Origin: Dehalococcoidia bacterium
Lineage (GTDB): Bacteria; Chloroflexota; Dehalococcoidia; DSTF01; JACRBR01
Assembly: GCA_038240335.1 (NCBI GenBank)
Contig: JBBSDV010000001.1
Span: 1-46,416 of the forward strand
Direction: 5' to 3'
Length of the DNA stretch: 46,416 nt
Positions within the stretch are counted from its first letter, which is position 1; each line of letters opens with the position of its first letter. Shown here one piece after another: positions 17,512-27,023 of the stretch. A model generated the notes under the pieces. It worked only from the letters and a program-made list of their open reading frames with translations. It was not told the DNA's origin and did no database searches. The position numbers and the translations under genes are program-made.

Positions 17512-18639
17512 ATGTTCACCGCCCTCGACGAATACCTCGTCCATCAGACACCCGAGACCGTTGACCGCGTCGCCACCAGCGATCGCAACTTCTACGACCG
17601 CTACTACTTCGGCGCCTACTCCCTCGACGGCGAGGCGTACCTGATGGTCGCCATGGGCATGTACCCCAACGTCGGCGTCATCGACGCCTTCGCCACCGCC
17701 GTCGTCGGCGGGACGACGCAGTACATCGTTCGCGGCTCGCGCGATCTCGGCTCCGATCGCATGAACACGAAGGTCGGCCCGATCGGCGTCGAGATCGTCG
17801 AGCCGCTGCGCAAGGCGCGTATCTTCGCCGAGCCCAACGACAGCGGCCTTTCGTTCGACCTGACCTTCGAGGGCAGCACGGCGCCGTTCGAGGAGCCCCA
17901 CTTCCTCCGCCGCGCCGGCAGCCGCGCCGTCATGGACTACACGCGCATGACGCAGAGCGGCCGCTGGTCCGGCTCATTTACCGCCGGCGGCCGCACCTGG
18001 ACCGTCGACCCCAAGACCTGGTGGGGCACCCGCGACCACTCGTGGGGCATCCGCCCAATCGGCGGCGGCGAGCCGCCTTCGGCGCCCCCACCCGATGCGA
18101 AGCCTGGTGGCTTCTACTGGGTCTGGTCGCCGATGCAGTTCGATGATGGCCGCTGCCTGATGTACACCGTCTCCGAAGAGTCCGATGGCCACCGCTGGCA
18201 CTCCGCCGCCGAGCTGTTGTCGCCGCAATCGCTTGGCGGCACGGTCGAGCCGCTGATCGTCGCCGACCACCACTTCACGCTGAAGCCCGGCACCCGGCTC
18301 TGGCAGGGGGGCGACATGCGCCTGCTCAAGCCCGACGGCGCGCCCGTCACGATCTCGATGAAGCCGAAGTTGACCCTGTACATGGCGGGTGGCGGTTACT
18401 CGTACCTCGGCGGCTGGCGGCACGGCCAGTACCACGGTCCCCTCGTCGTCGAGACGGAGACCTGGGATCTCACTGATGACGCCGTCGTCCAGCGCGCTGG
18501 CGTCCACACCCAGACCATCTGCGACTACACCGTCGACGGCCTCGGCGATATCGGCGCCGCCCACGGCATCTTCGAGTTCCTCCTGCTCGGCGCCTATGCC
18601 CCTTACGGCTTCAAGTCCTGGTCCGACGTCGCTCCGTAG
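17512..18639 (+). CDS. Conserved hypothetical protein (375 aa) with a WGTRDHSWG motif
   Basis: ATG follows AGGAG by 8 nt and the composition is globular. The W-G-x-R-D-H-S-W-G motif recalls AttH/CrtC-like hydratase-fold proteins, recalled from memory only. Confidence 0.7.
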   Translation: MFTALDEYLVHQTPETVDRVATSDRNFYDRYYFGAYSLDGEAYLMVAMGMYPNVGVIDAFATAVVGGTTQYIVRGSRDLGSDRMNTKVGPIGVEIVEPLRKARIFAEPNDSGLSFDLTFEGSTAPFEEPHFLRRAGSRAVMDYTRMTQSGRWSGSFTAGGRTWTVDPKTWWGTRDHSWGIRPIGGGEPPSAPPPDAKPGGFYWVWSPMQFDDGRCLMYTVSEESDGHRWHSAAELLSPQSLGGTVEPLIVADHHFTLKPGTRLWQGGDMRLLKPDGAPVTISMKPKLTLYMAGGGYSYLGGWRHGQYHGPLVVETETWDLTDDAVVQRAGVHTQTICDYTVDGLGDIGAAHGIFEFLLLGAYAPYGFKSWSDVAP

Positions 18640-18826
18640 GCCGGCAACTGGTCGCTAGTCGCTGGTTACCGGTTGCCGGTCGCTGCTGCCGGTTGCTGCT
18701 TGCGCTTCTATCGGGTCATTAGCTTCGTGACTACGACGCATCGGCGGCGTTTGCCCGACTTCCTCGGCTGATCCCGCCGTGTCCGCTCGCGCGTACCCGG
18801 GAACAACGTATGAAATAAGAGAGAGT

Positions 18827-18845
18827 TTCGGGGGACACCCCCGAA
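18827..18845 (-). terminator. GC hairpin followed (on the minus strand) by a U-rich stretch
   Basis: TTCGGGGG aca CCCCCGAA. On the minus strand it is followed by actctctcttatttcat (plus 18808-18826). It lies about 290 nt past the stop of the giant gene. Confidence 0.5.
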
Positions 18846-19043
18846 CCCCGGCAGAGGCGCTGCACCTCTGCACGCCGCTCTAGAAATGGAGCACCCTCGG
18901 CAGTTCCCCCCAAGCATTGCTGGGCTCCGCACCCTCGCTTCAGTCTGGCGGCGAAGGAATTCGAGGCGGGCGCGTCACGGGGTTGCGTACCTAGCGACAT
19001 TTCACGACCACTCCATTACTCCGCTGGTTGCTGATGGCCTTGC

Positions 19044-19071
19044 ACTACCAACTACCAACTACCAACTACCC
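19044..19071. repeat. (ACTACCA)x3 plus ACTACCC
   Basis: Read directly, 64 nt downstream of the giant gene stop (19135). On the gene's sense strand it reads GGTAGTT. Confidence 0.9.
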
Positions 19072-19134
19072 CCGCACGCAGAACGGGCTCGCCAGTTGGC
19101 GAGCCCGTGTCTGCGTGGCGTGTGGCTACCGCTG

Positions 19135-22100
19135 TTAGGTCGGCTGGCAGACCCCGAGCTTCGAGGCGATGAACGCCAGGTCCGCTGCGTTGATGAAGCC
19201 GTCGCCGTTCGTGTCGTACGGCCGGAACTCCGGCGGCAGCTTCCCGAACGCGTTCGCGACGATCGCCAGGTCCGCCGCTGTCACGACGCGGTTTCCGTCC
19301 ACCGTCGCTACTTCCCGTCCGTCGCTGCAGCCATCCGCGTCCGTGTCCTTCACGAGCGGATTGCTCATCCAGTACCGAACTTCCGCCCCGTCATTCAGGC
19401 CATCCCCGTCGGTGTCCGCCACCAGCGGGTTCGTCCCGTAAATGGCCTCGCACGCGTCCGGCAGCCGGTCGTTGTCCGTGTCCGTGCCCGACAGATTGCT
19501 CGTCGCGCTCAGCGGATCCGACCCGCAGAGGATCTCCGTCCCGTCATTCGTCCGGTCGCCGTCCGTGTCGAAAATGTAGGGGCTCAATCCTGCGTTCGTC
19601 TCCGTCGTGTTCAGCACGCCGTCGCCGTCGATGTCCGGGTCGCAGGCGTCGCCTTCGTTGTCCGCCGACGGATTCGTCGCGTCGTTAAACGACGGCACCG
19701 GCTTCGGCAGGAACAGGATCTCGCCGTTCAAGTTCTTCTGGTTCGCATTCGATATCGTCGGACAGTTGTCCGCCGTGTTCAAGATCCCGTCGCCGTCGAT
19801 GTCGACCGACGTCGCCGTGGCTGTCGGCGTGTTTGTCGGCGTGTTCGTCGGCGTCGGCGTGTTCGTCGCCGTGTTGGTCGCCGTGTTGGTCGGCGTGTTC
19901 GTCGCCGTGTTCGTCGGCGTCGGTGTCGGCGTCGCCGGCTGCGGGCAGCCCTGCACCGCCAGTGTCAGGAACGCCGAGGCGTCGATCGTCGTCGCCGAGT
20001 CAATCGCATCGCCGCTGCCTGGCGGGTTGGGTCCGTCGACTGCGCCCCACCAGTTGTTCTGCGCATTCACCGGCCCGCCGGTCTGCGTGCCCTGTGTCGC
20101 CATGCCGTCGACACTGTTGCCGGCGATGCAGTTCTGCGAGAACGAGTTTCCGTTAGCCGATCCGGCGGAGTAGTCGATGTAAACGCCGTAGTCGCCGTCA
20201 CGGAACGCGTTGTTCGTAATGGTGTTGTTGTTGGCCCCGGCGTACAGGTACATCCCGAACGTGCCCGCTCCGCCAAGCGCCTTGTTGCCGTTGTACGTCG
20301 TCCCGTTCGCGGCGTCCGTGAAGATCGCCGTGTCGCGGTAGTTCGTGAAGGTGTTGCCCGTCACGACCGCGTTGTTCGTGCTTTCGACGTACATGCCCTC
20401 CATCAGGTTGTGCACGTTGTTGTTCGTCACCGATGTCGGCCCCGCCCCGAACACGAGCACACCGATCGCCGCCGCCGTGAACGGCGTGTAGTCGTAGCCG
20501 CTGATGTCGTTGTTGTTGACGACGGCGGACGCGTTATTCGAAATCTGGATGCCGTTCTGCGCGATATACGACACCGGACCGTTGCCGGAGACCGTGTTAC
20601 CCGTGATGTTCGCCGACACCGACGCCCCGCCGTACGTGTTCGTCACGACGATCGCGTTCTTCTGGATGTCGCTGATGTTGTTCGTGCTCAGCGTCATGTT
20701 CGACGAACCGGCACCGCTGCGCGCTGTCACGCGGATGCCGACGCCGCTCTGGGCGCCGTTCCCAACACCGTGCTTGATCCTCTTGATCACGTTGTTGCTC
20801 ACCGTGCCGGACGAGTCGACCGCGAACACGCCGTAGTACCGCGTGTCCGTGTCCGGATCCGTACCGGGGTTGGCCGATGTCGCCGCCAAGCCCTGGCCAT
20901 CGATGATGTTGTTATCGACGAGGATGTTCGCCACCCCGTCGAGGTTCATGCCCTGCTGCCGCGGCGCGATCACCGAATTGTTCGTGATCTGCGTCCCGTT
21001 GCCACCGATCGAGCAAACACCCACTTCATCACCCGTCGACGTGTTACCGCTCACCGTCGCCGTGTTGTTGAAGAGCAGAATGCCGCACGAGAAGTCGGAA
21101 TCAGGCGTGTAGGCATGCCCGCTCGTCGTGTTGCCGCTGATCGAAGACGTGCCGCTCGACGTAATCGTGATGCCGTTCGCCGCAATGATCGGCGATGGTC
21201 CCTCGCCCGTCATCGTGTTGCCGCTGATCGTCGAGTTCACCGTGTCGCGGACGATGATGCCGCTCTTTTGGTACTGGCTCGCGTTGTTGTTCGTGATCGC
21301 CACCGTCCCCGCACCGTCAGCCTCAATCGCGCGGCCTTCCTGGCAGCCGCCCGTGATGCTGTTGCCGATGCCGCTCAGCGTGTTGGCGCCGATCGTACCG
21401 CTCACCGAGTTCAGCTTGATGCCCCAGAAGCCGCCGACGCACGACAGCGTGTGCGGCCCCGTCACCGTGTTGTTCGAGTAGTCGGCCCCCGTCGCGTTCG
21501 ATGCAAGCAGGCCGGCATTCGTGAAGTTGTGCAGGTTGTTGTTCGTCACCGTCGCGTTGTTGCCGCCGTTGACGACCACATCGTTCGTGCCGTTGCGGAT
21601 CTCGAAACCCGTCACGGTAGCATTGTTCGCCGTGATCGTGACGACGTCACCCGACCCGCCGCCGTCGATAATCGGCGACGAGCCCTGTGTCAGCGTGATC
21701 GACTTGTTGACGACGACGTGCTCGGGGAAGACACCCGTCTTCGCCTTCACCGTGTCGCCGTTCGCCGAGTCATCGATCGCCGCCTGGATGCACGTCGCTC
21801 CGCACACGGCCGGCCCGGCGATCCACGTCATCGGCGATGCCAGCTGGAAGCCGCTGCTCACCGAGGCGTCTGTGCCGATGCCGAGCCACGGGCTGTACGT
21901 GACGCCGTCCGACACCGAGTTGCCGGTCCCGGGCACCGTGTTCAGCACGTGCGATGGTCCCGTGTCGGAGCCCCACCAGTTCTGCGTCATCGGCATGTTG
22001 AACGTGCCGACGCCGTCCTTACTGACGCCCGTGCCCGTGTTTCCGGCGATCGAGTTCTTCGTCGCGTTGACGCTCGCCGTGTAGCCGCTGTTCGCCTGGA

Positions 22101-23874
22101 CGAAGATGCCGTCCGTGTTGTTCTTGATGATGTTGCCCGTCATCAGCACCGACACGTTGCCGTCACCGTAGCCGAGCTGGTCCGTCGTGACGTAGGCGCC
22201 CGTCGCGCCCGGCTTGCTCTGACCGTCAATCTCGTTGTCGATGAATGACGTCGTCACCGCTGCGCCGCTGCCGAACGCCGCGATCCCGACATCGACGTTG
22301 TTCACGGTGTTGTTCTTGAACGTCGGCGCGATGTACGGCACGAAGACCCAGATCCCGTACCCAAACGGCGCGCTGCTGTTGCTGATCGTGTTGCCCTGGA
22401 TCAGGTCGGCGACACCGCCGCCATCACCCGCGTTGTCTGTGTGGACGCCGCTCTGCGAGTTCGTGATCGTGTTGTTCAGGAACTGCACGCCGCGAGAATG
22501 GTTGCTGCTGATCGCGTCGTTCGATCCGTCGACGATGTTGTTCGCGAACGTGCCTGCGCCGCCCGAGTTGAACATCGAGATCGATGCCGGATCGGCCTGC
22601 ACGTTCAGCACAGTGTCGTTGTGGAAGTTGAATGTGCCGCCTGTCGACGCGTAGATGCCGCGCAGGTAGATGTTCTTCGCCGTCACGTCATGCACGTCGA
22701 GGTTTTGGTACACGCCGGCGAGGTGGTTCGTCTGGATGCCGTTGCGGGCATCGAGATCCGCGCCCGCGACGACGACGCCGCTCGTCAGCGACGGGTTGTC
22801 GCCGTCGATTCCAAGATTCTGGATCGTCACGTTATCGGCCTGGACCAGCAGGATGACGCTCGCCGCGCCGCCGCAGAGCGATCCCGGCCCGCAGATCGGG
22901 TTCGATACCGCCGGTTCGACGATGGTCGATGTTTGTCCCGCGCCGGTCAGCGTCAGTGGCTTGTTGAGCACGACGTTCTCGGTGTAGGTGCCGGCCGCCA
23001 CGTGCACCGTGCCGCCGCTCGAGACCGTGTTGACGGCCGACTGAATCGTCAGCTTCGCGTTCGCCGCGTTGTCCGCCGTGCCGCCGTTTGCGTCGTTGCC
23101 GTTCGGACGCACGTAGCAATCCGTCGTGCAGTTCACCGTCGGCTCGAAGTCATACGTCGTGTCGGCGCCGCTGACGCCGATCGTCAGGCCGTCGGCGTTG
23201 CCGTCGAAGCCGTTCCAGTTACTTCCGGAACGCAGCAGGAAACGGCCGCTAACCGCCGCCGCCGGGAAGGCCGCGTTGATCTGCGCCCACGTGCACGGCG
23301 TCGCCTGTACACAGTTGCCCGCCGGCAGCGCGACGACCTGCGCGCCGCCCGTACCTGCCGTCGTTGTCTTGGAGGCCCACCACTTGCCCGCAAGCGGCGA
23401 CCACGACTGCCAGCCGGAGCCGACCGTCACAGCGCCGTTCTGGTACGGCTCGAACACCAGACGGCCGCCGTAGGCCGTGTCCGTCGTCCGATACTTCACA
23501 TCGAACTGCACAGCCACCGCCAGCGTCGGTCCCGGCTGGTACGTCGAGTACGCCATCGACGTGAAGTTCGCGATCGGCGTGCCGGCGTACGAGTTCGTGG
23601 CGATCGCCGAGTACCCGTTGGCGGTCGCGCCGCTATCCGTCAACGGCCCGAGCCGCACGCTGCCCGTGCCGAGCGGTGGCGTTGCCGGCCCCGCGACCAG
23701 CGCGCCTGGGCTGCCGGTGAACGTGTCGTCCTTGTCGTTCCAGAAATACCATCCGTTCATGTTGGATGGATTCACGACCACGGTCGTCGAGCCTGATGCG
23801 TGATGTGCGCCGCCTGTAAAGACGGCTGTGCCCATGACGACGATCGCGATGATCGCTAAGAGATAACGTCGCAC
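19135..23874 (-). CDS. Giant secreted protein (1579 aa): signal peptide, N-terminal domain, long right-handed parallel beta-helix (pectate-lyase/NosD-type) repeats, TNTP linker, thrombospondin-type-3 Ca-binding repeats, C-terminal dockerin-like module
   Basis: GTG start at 23874 with GGGGAGG 6 nt upstream. N-terminus MRRYLLAIIAIVVMGTAVFTGGAHHASG. There are dozens of N-x-I/V-x-G/N beta-helix rungs (NNTITNSQSGVHT, GNTISNSSAPF and similar). Linker [41 protein letters not shown] is encoded about 19808-19940. TSP3 motifs include DIDGDGILNTADNCP, DPDIDGDGVLN, DTDGDRTNDG, DTDNDRLPDACE, DTDGDGLNDG, DTDADGCSDG. Dockerin-type duplicated segments are VDGNRVVTAADLAIVANAFG and DTNGDGFINAADLAFIASKLG. Confidence 0.9.
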   Translation of the reverse strand: MRRYLLAIIAIVVMGTAVFTGGAHHASGSTTVVVNPSNMNGWYFWNDKDDTFTGSPGALVAGPATPPLGTGSVRLGPLTDSGATANGYSAIATNSYAGTPIANFTSMAYSTYQPGPTLAVAVQFDVKYRTTDTAYGGRLVFEPYQNGAVTVGSGWQSWSPLAGKWWASKTTTAGTGGAQVVALPAGNCVQATPCTWAQINAAFPAAAVSGRFLLRSGSNWNGFDGNADGLTIGVSGADTTYDFEPTVNCTTDCYVRPNGNDANGGTADNAANAKLTIQSAVNTVSSGGTVHVAAGTYTENVVLNKPLTLTGAGQTSTIVEPAVSNPICGPGSLCGGAASVILLVQADNVTIQNLGIDGDNPSLTSGVVVAGADLDARNGIQTNHLAGVYQNLDVHDVTAKNIYLRGIYASTGGTFNFHNDTVLNVQADPASISMFNSGGAGTFANNIVDGSNDAISSNHSRGVQFLNNTITNSQSGVHTDNAGDGGGVADLIQGNTISNSSAPFGYGIWVFVPYIAPTFKNNTVNNVDVGIAAFGSGAAVTTSFIDNEIDGQSKPGATGAYVTTDQLGYGDGNVSVLMTGNIIKNNTDGIFVQANSGYTASVNATKNSIAGNTGTGVSKDGVGTFNMPMTQNWWGSDTGPSHVLNTVPGTGNSVSDGVTYSPWLGIGTDASVSSGFQLASPMTWIAGPAVCGATCIQAAIDDSANGDTVKAKTGVFPEHVVVNKSITLTQGSSPIIDGGGSGDVVTITANNATVTGFEIRNGTNDVVVNGGNNATVTNNNLHNFTNAGLLASNATGADYSNNTVTGPHTLSCVGGFWGIKLNSVSGTIGANTLSGIGNSITGGCQEGRAIEADGAGTVAITNNNASQYQKSGIIVRDTVNSTISGNTMTGEGPSPIIAANGITITSSGTSSISGNTTSGHAYTPDSDFSCGILLFNNTATVSGNTSTGDEVGVCSIGGNGTQITNNSVIAPRQQGMNLDGVANILVDNNIIDGQGLAATSANPGTDPDTDTRYYGVFAVDSSGTVSNNVIKRIKHGVGNGAQSGVGIRVTARSGAGSSNMTLSTNNISDIQKNAIVVTNTYGGASVSANITGNTVSGNGPVSYIAQNGIQISNNASAVVNNNDISGYDYTPFTAAAIGVLVFGAGPTSVTNNNVHNLMEGMYVESTNNAVVTGNTFTNYRDTAIFTDAANGTTYNGNKALGGAGTFGMYLYAGANNNTITNNAFRDGDYGVYIDYSAGSANGNSFSQNCIAGNSVDGMATQGTQTGGPVNAQNNWWGAVDGPNPPGSGDAIDSATTIDASAFLTLAVQGCPQPATPTPTPTNTATNTPTNTATNTATNTPTPTNTPTNTPTATATSVDIDGDGILNTADNCPTISNANQKNLNGEILFLPKPVPSFNDATNPSADNEGDACDPDIDGDGVLNTTETNAGLSPYIFDTDGDRTNDGTEILCGSDPLSATSNLSGTDTDNDRLPDACEAIYGTNPLVADTDGDGLNDGAEVRYWMSNPLVKDTDADGCSDGREVATVDGNRVVTAADLAIVANAFGKLPPEFRPYDTNGDGFINAADLAFIASKLGVCQPT

Positions 23875-24117
23875 TGCTTGCCTCCCCTTTGTTTGCGCGG
23901 ATGGATAGATATCGGGGAAGCGCTAACGATCAGCGCGATGCGGCCCGCTCCCCCGAGTGGCCGCATCGCGCACTGTGCCCTATCAGTCAGTCCTCCTCGT
24001 CTCAAGATCCCAAGACGATGGAGCCGGTCGAACGCGAACCCGCCTATCCGGCGCGTCTCAGTGTTCTAACGACTGGCGGGAGTCGGCGATCCTGCTGGGC
24101 AAGCATGGCGGGGGTTT

Positions 24118-24158
24118 ATGGCCCGGGGACGACGGCTGAGTGTCGTCCCCGGGGCCAT
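24118..24158. other. Strong 16-17-bp hairpin in the upstream region of the giant gene
   Basis: atggcccggggacgac (24118-24133), 8-nt loop, gtcgtccccggggccat (24142-24158), with one bulged C. No coding gene ends near it. Confidence 0.6.
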
Positions 24159-24169
24159 CAACGGAGGCT

Positions 24170-24199
24170 ACTCTAGGACGAGTACGAGCGATCTGTCAA
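24170..24199 (-). promoter_or_regulatory. Candidate sigma-70-like promoter (TTGACA-18-TAGAGT) pointing at the giant gene
   Basis: On the minus strand, TTGACA is at 24199-24194, followed by an 18-nt spacer and TAGAGT at 24175-24170. It lies in a locally lower-G+C patch and would give a leader of about 290 nt. Confidence 0.35.
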
Positions 24200-24727
24200 C
24201 GGCAAAACAGGTACATGGAGTACCTATTTCGGCCCAGTTGTCAAAAATATGTGGCAAAATTCGGGCGCTCGAAGCTAACTCGGCGAAACATTGGCAAAGG
24301 TTCATGTCGGCACGCTCGATCCTTACCTCTACCGCGAGCCCCCATGCGAACGACCGCCGTTCGTGCTCAAAACTATGCCCAACCGCCCGATGGCGCGCGC
24401 TGAACCCGCGCCTCGCGCCCCCAGCTGCACCCTCAGGCGTGCTGACCGACCCCATGAGCACCCCGCGACTCGCGAGCCTCGCCGCGCTCGCGTCTCCGTC
24501 CGCCGCCCATAGGCCGGTGGCGCGACCTTTAAGCCCGCGTCTCACGCTCCCGCTGCACGCGAGTGCAAACCCCACCATGACACGACGCCTGCGAGTTTTG
24601 CCGCCAAGGGCATACCCTGTCATCGCCGCGACGTACCACGCCGACGTTCTTCCCCCGTCAGCCAACGCCGACGCCCAATCACCAGTCACAAATCACCACT
24701 CAGAAACGACCAGGAGGGACCAACCAT

Positions 24728-25576
24728 TTGCAATTCCACGGCTGGTGCCACAACGGCTATCACAACCTCCCCGCAGCCGAAGTCATCCGCCGCGCCCGCC
24801 TCGCCGCCCTCGACGGCGTGATCATCAAGTACGGCGATCCCGCGTTCGAACAGGAGATCGCCGCTGCCGGCATCCTCTGGGGCGTCGAGCGCTTCGCCTA
24901 CGCGTCCCAGGCCGCCCGTGAAGCCGACATGCTCGCCGATGCCGTCGCTGCCGGCGCGTCCTTCGCCGTCGCGAACTGCGAACCCAACGACGGCGGCGGT
25001 TGGGCGGACGACGGTGCTGCCGTTGCCATCCGCGCGCTGATCGACCGCTTCCGCGCCCGCTGCCCCCACATCCCCCTCCACGTCGCCGCTGATCTCCGCC
25101 CCGGCCGTGGTCTCGGAGCGCCCTTCGTGCTCGAGGCGGCGCGCGCCGGCATCGATGGCTGGCTGCCGATGGTCTACCCGCAGGCGTTCCGGCAGCCCGT
25201 CGCCGCCGCCTTCGATGCGGCCTATCCCGGTCCGTCCTATCTCGGGCTGCCGTGCGCCCCGGTGCTCCAAACCTACGACGACGTCGGCCCGGAGCTCGTC
25301 GCCGCGCAGGTCAGCGAGGCGCTCCGCCGCGGCGCCCGCGCCGCCTCGATCTACGTCGTCGAGACGGCCTCCGACGACGAACTCCGCGCCCTCGCCGCCG
25401 CCGCAACGTCAGCCTCCAAGCCTCCATCCCCATCGCCGTCGCTCATCGATCGCGCGACGCTGCAGGCGACTGCCCTCGCCTACCGCTCCGGCGCGATCGC
25501 CATCCTCGATCACGGCACCGCCGCCGAACTCAGCGCCTGGGGCGCCCTCTTCTCCGGCGATTCCAACCGAATGTGA
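24728..25576 (+). CDS. Hypothetical protein, possibly a glycoside-hydrolase-like TIM barrel (GH25/DUF1906-like)
   Basis: TTG start with AGGAGGGA 9 nt upstream. The N-terminus (GWCHNGYHNLPAAEVIRRARLAALDGVIIKYGD) resembles the opening strand pattern of GH25-type lysozymes. This is a weak, memory-based assignment. Confidence 0.5.
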   Translation: MQFHGWCHNGYHNLPAAEVIRRARLAALDGVIIKYGDPAFEQEIAAAGILWGVERFAYASQAAREADMLADAVAAGASFAVANCEPNDGGGWADDGAAVAIRALIDRFRARCPHIPLHVAADLRPGRGLGAPFVLEAARAGIDGWLPMVYPQAFRQPVAAAFDAAYPGPSYLGLPCAPVLQTYDDVGPELVAAQVSEALRRGARAASIYVVETASDDELRALAAAATSASKPPSPSPSLIDRATLQATALAYRSGAIAILDHGTAAELSAWGALFSGDSNRM

Positions 25577-25590
25577 TTCGAGAATCAGGT

Positions 25591-25611
25591 GCGCGATCGC
25601 GAGGATCGCGC
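25591..25611 (+). terminator. 8-bp GC hairpin 15 nt after the stop of the 24728 gene
   Basis: GCGCGATC gcgag GATCGCGC, with no U-tract. Confidence 0.35.
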
Positions 25612-25813
25612 AACCCACGATCTGCCGGCCGCGCAACCACAAAGTGGTGAACAATCACGCCCGAGGCGAACACCACGGCGTACTGTCGTGCTTTTCGCGC
25701 GTCGCAGATACAACAGGCGAATGCTACGAGCAACTCGGACGCCGACGATGCATCGCCATGAGATCAATGAAGCGCGTAGAACTCTGGGACCGCGAACCGC
25801 CAACGCCGGGCAG

Positions 25814-27007
25814 CTATCTGCCCGGCGCCAGTTGCCCGAGCACCAAGCGCTGGTTCAGCGTCGCCACCGCAACCACGTGCCCACCACGCAGGTACGCCCG
25901 CGGCACCCGCGCACTGATCCCGGCGAGGATCTCCCACGAGATCGTATCCGCGAGCTCGGCCAGCTCGTCGGCGTCGATCCGCTCGTCGCCCTGCTGGCCG
26001 ATCAGCACCACCTCGTCGTCGGGCGCAACGCCAGCAACGTCCGTCACGTCCGCCATGCACATGTCCATCGCGATCCGGCCGGCGATCGGCGCCCGCTGCC
26101 CGCGCACCAGCACCGATGCCCGATTCGAGAGATCGCGTCGCAGACCGTCCGCATAGCCGCACATCACCAGCGCGATCCGCGACGGTCGCGTCGCCGTCCA
26201 TGTCCGTCCGTAACCGACACTGCCGCCGATCTCGACGACGATCACCCGCGCCACCCGCGATTTCAGCGACAGCGCGCGCCGCAGCTCGATGTCGCCGGCG
26301 ATCCCCCGCGCCGGTTCGTAACCGTAGACCGCCAGCCCTGCGCGGACGGCATCGAGCATCATCTCCGGCGCGCCGAGGATGCTCGCCGATGCGGCGCAAT
26401 GCCGCATCGGGATCCACGGCAGGCGCGCCGACGCCGCCATCAGCGCGTCATGCTGGCCGCGCGTGAAGGAGCTGTCGCCCTCCTCGGCCGCCGCGAAGTG
26501 GGTGAAGATGCCCTCGATGACGATGGCCGGCAGCGCGCGCACACTCTCGGCGTACGCGACGAGTTCTTCGACCGGCAGACCGTGCCGGTTAAGCCCGCTC
26601 TCGAGCTCCACGTGTACCGGCTGCGTGATGTTACGGTCCGTCGCCAAGCGCGAGAGTGCGAGCGCGAGCTGCATCGAGTCGACGGTCGGAGTCAGCCGCA
26701 GGTCGACGATCCGTTCCGCTTCCGATGTCTGCGCGCACCCGACCACCAGGATCGGCGCATCGATGCCCGCCAGCCGCAGCTCCTCGCCCTCGTCGACGCA
26801 CACGACCGCGACGCCTCGCGCTCCTGCGTCGAGCGCCGTCCGCGCCACCGCCACCGCGCCGTGCCCGTACGCATTCGCCTTGACGACGGCATATAGCCGC
26901 GCCGGCGCAACGCACGCCACAAGCACACCGACGTTGTGCGCGATCGCATCCAGATCGATCTCCGCCCACACCGGCCGCCCGGTCCAGCGCTCGTGATCAG
27001 CCGTCAT
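25814..27007 (-). CDS. alr: Alanine racemase
   Basis: AVVKANAYGHG PLP-lysine motif, about 397 aa, typical two-domain layout. Confidence 0.9.
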   Translation of the reverse strand: MTADHERWTGRPVWAEIDLDAIAHNVGVLVACVAPARLYAVVKANAYGHGAVAVARTALDAGARGVAVVCVDEGEELRLAGIDAPILVVGCAQTSEAERIVDLRLTPTVDSMQLALALSRLATDRNITQPVHVELESGLNRHGLPVEELVAYAESVRALPAIVIEGIFTHFAAAEEGDSSFTRGQHDALMAASARLPWIPMRHCAASASILGAPEMMLDAVRAGLAVYGYEPARGIAGDIELRRALSLKSRVARVIVVEIGGSVGYGRTWTATRPSRIALVMCGYADGLRRDLSNRASVLVRGQRAPIAGRIAMDMCMADVTDVAGVAPDDEVVLIGQQGDERIDADELAELADTISWEILAGISARVPRAYLRGGHVVAVATLNQRLVLGQLAPGR

Positions 27008-27023
27008 GGCCGAAGGATATCAT

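Noticed and set aside
19808-19940. Regularly repeated short DNA units (also 45090-46080) that could be mistaken for a CRISPR array
   Set aside because: The repeats are contiguous with no unique spacers, are in frame, and encode TNTP/PT linkers inside long ORFs. No cas genes are present.
18886-22248. 1120-aa plus-strand ORF, the longest plus-strand ORF in the window
   Set aside because: It lies antisense to the well-supported giant beta-helix gene. Its translation is Arg/Val/Asp/His-rich with no motifs. This is the usual stop-codon-poor antisense frame of a high-G+C gene.
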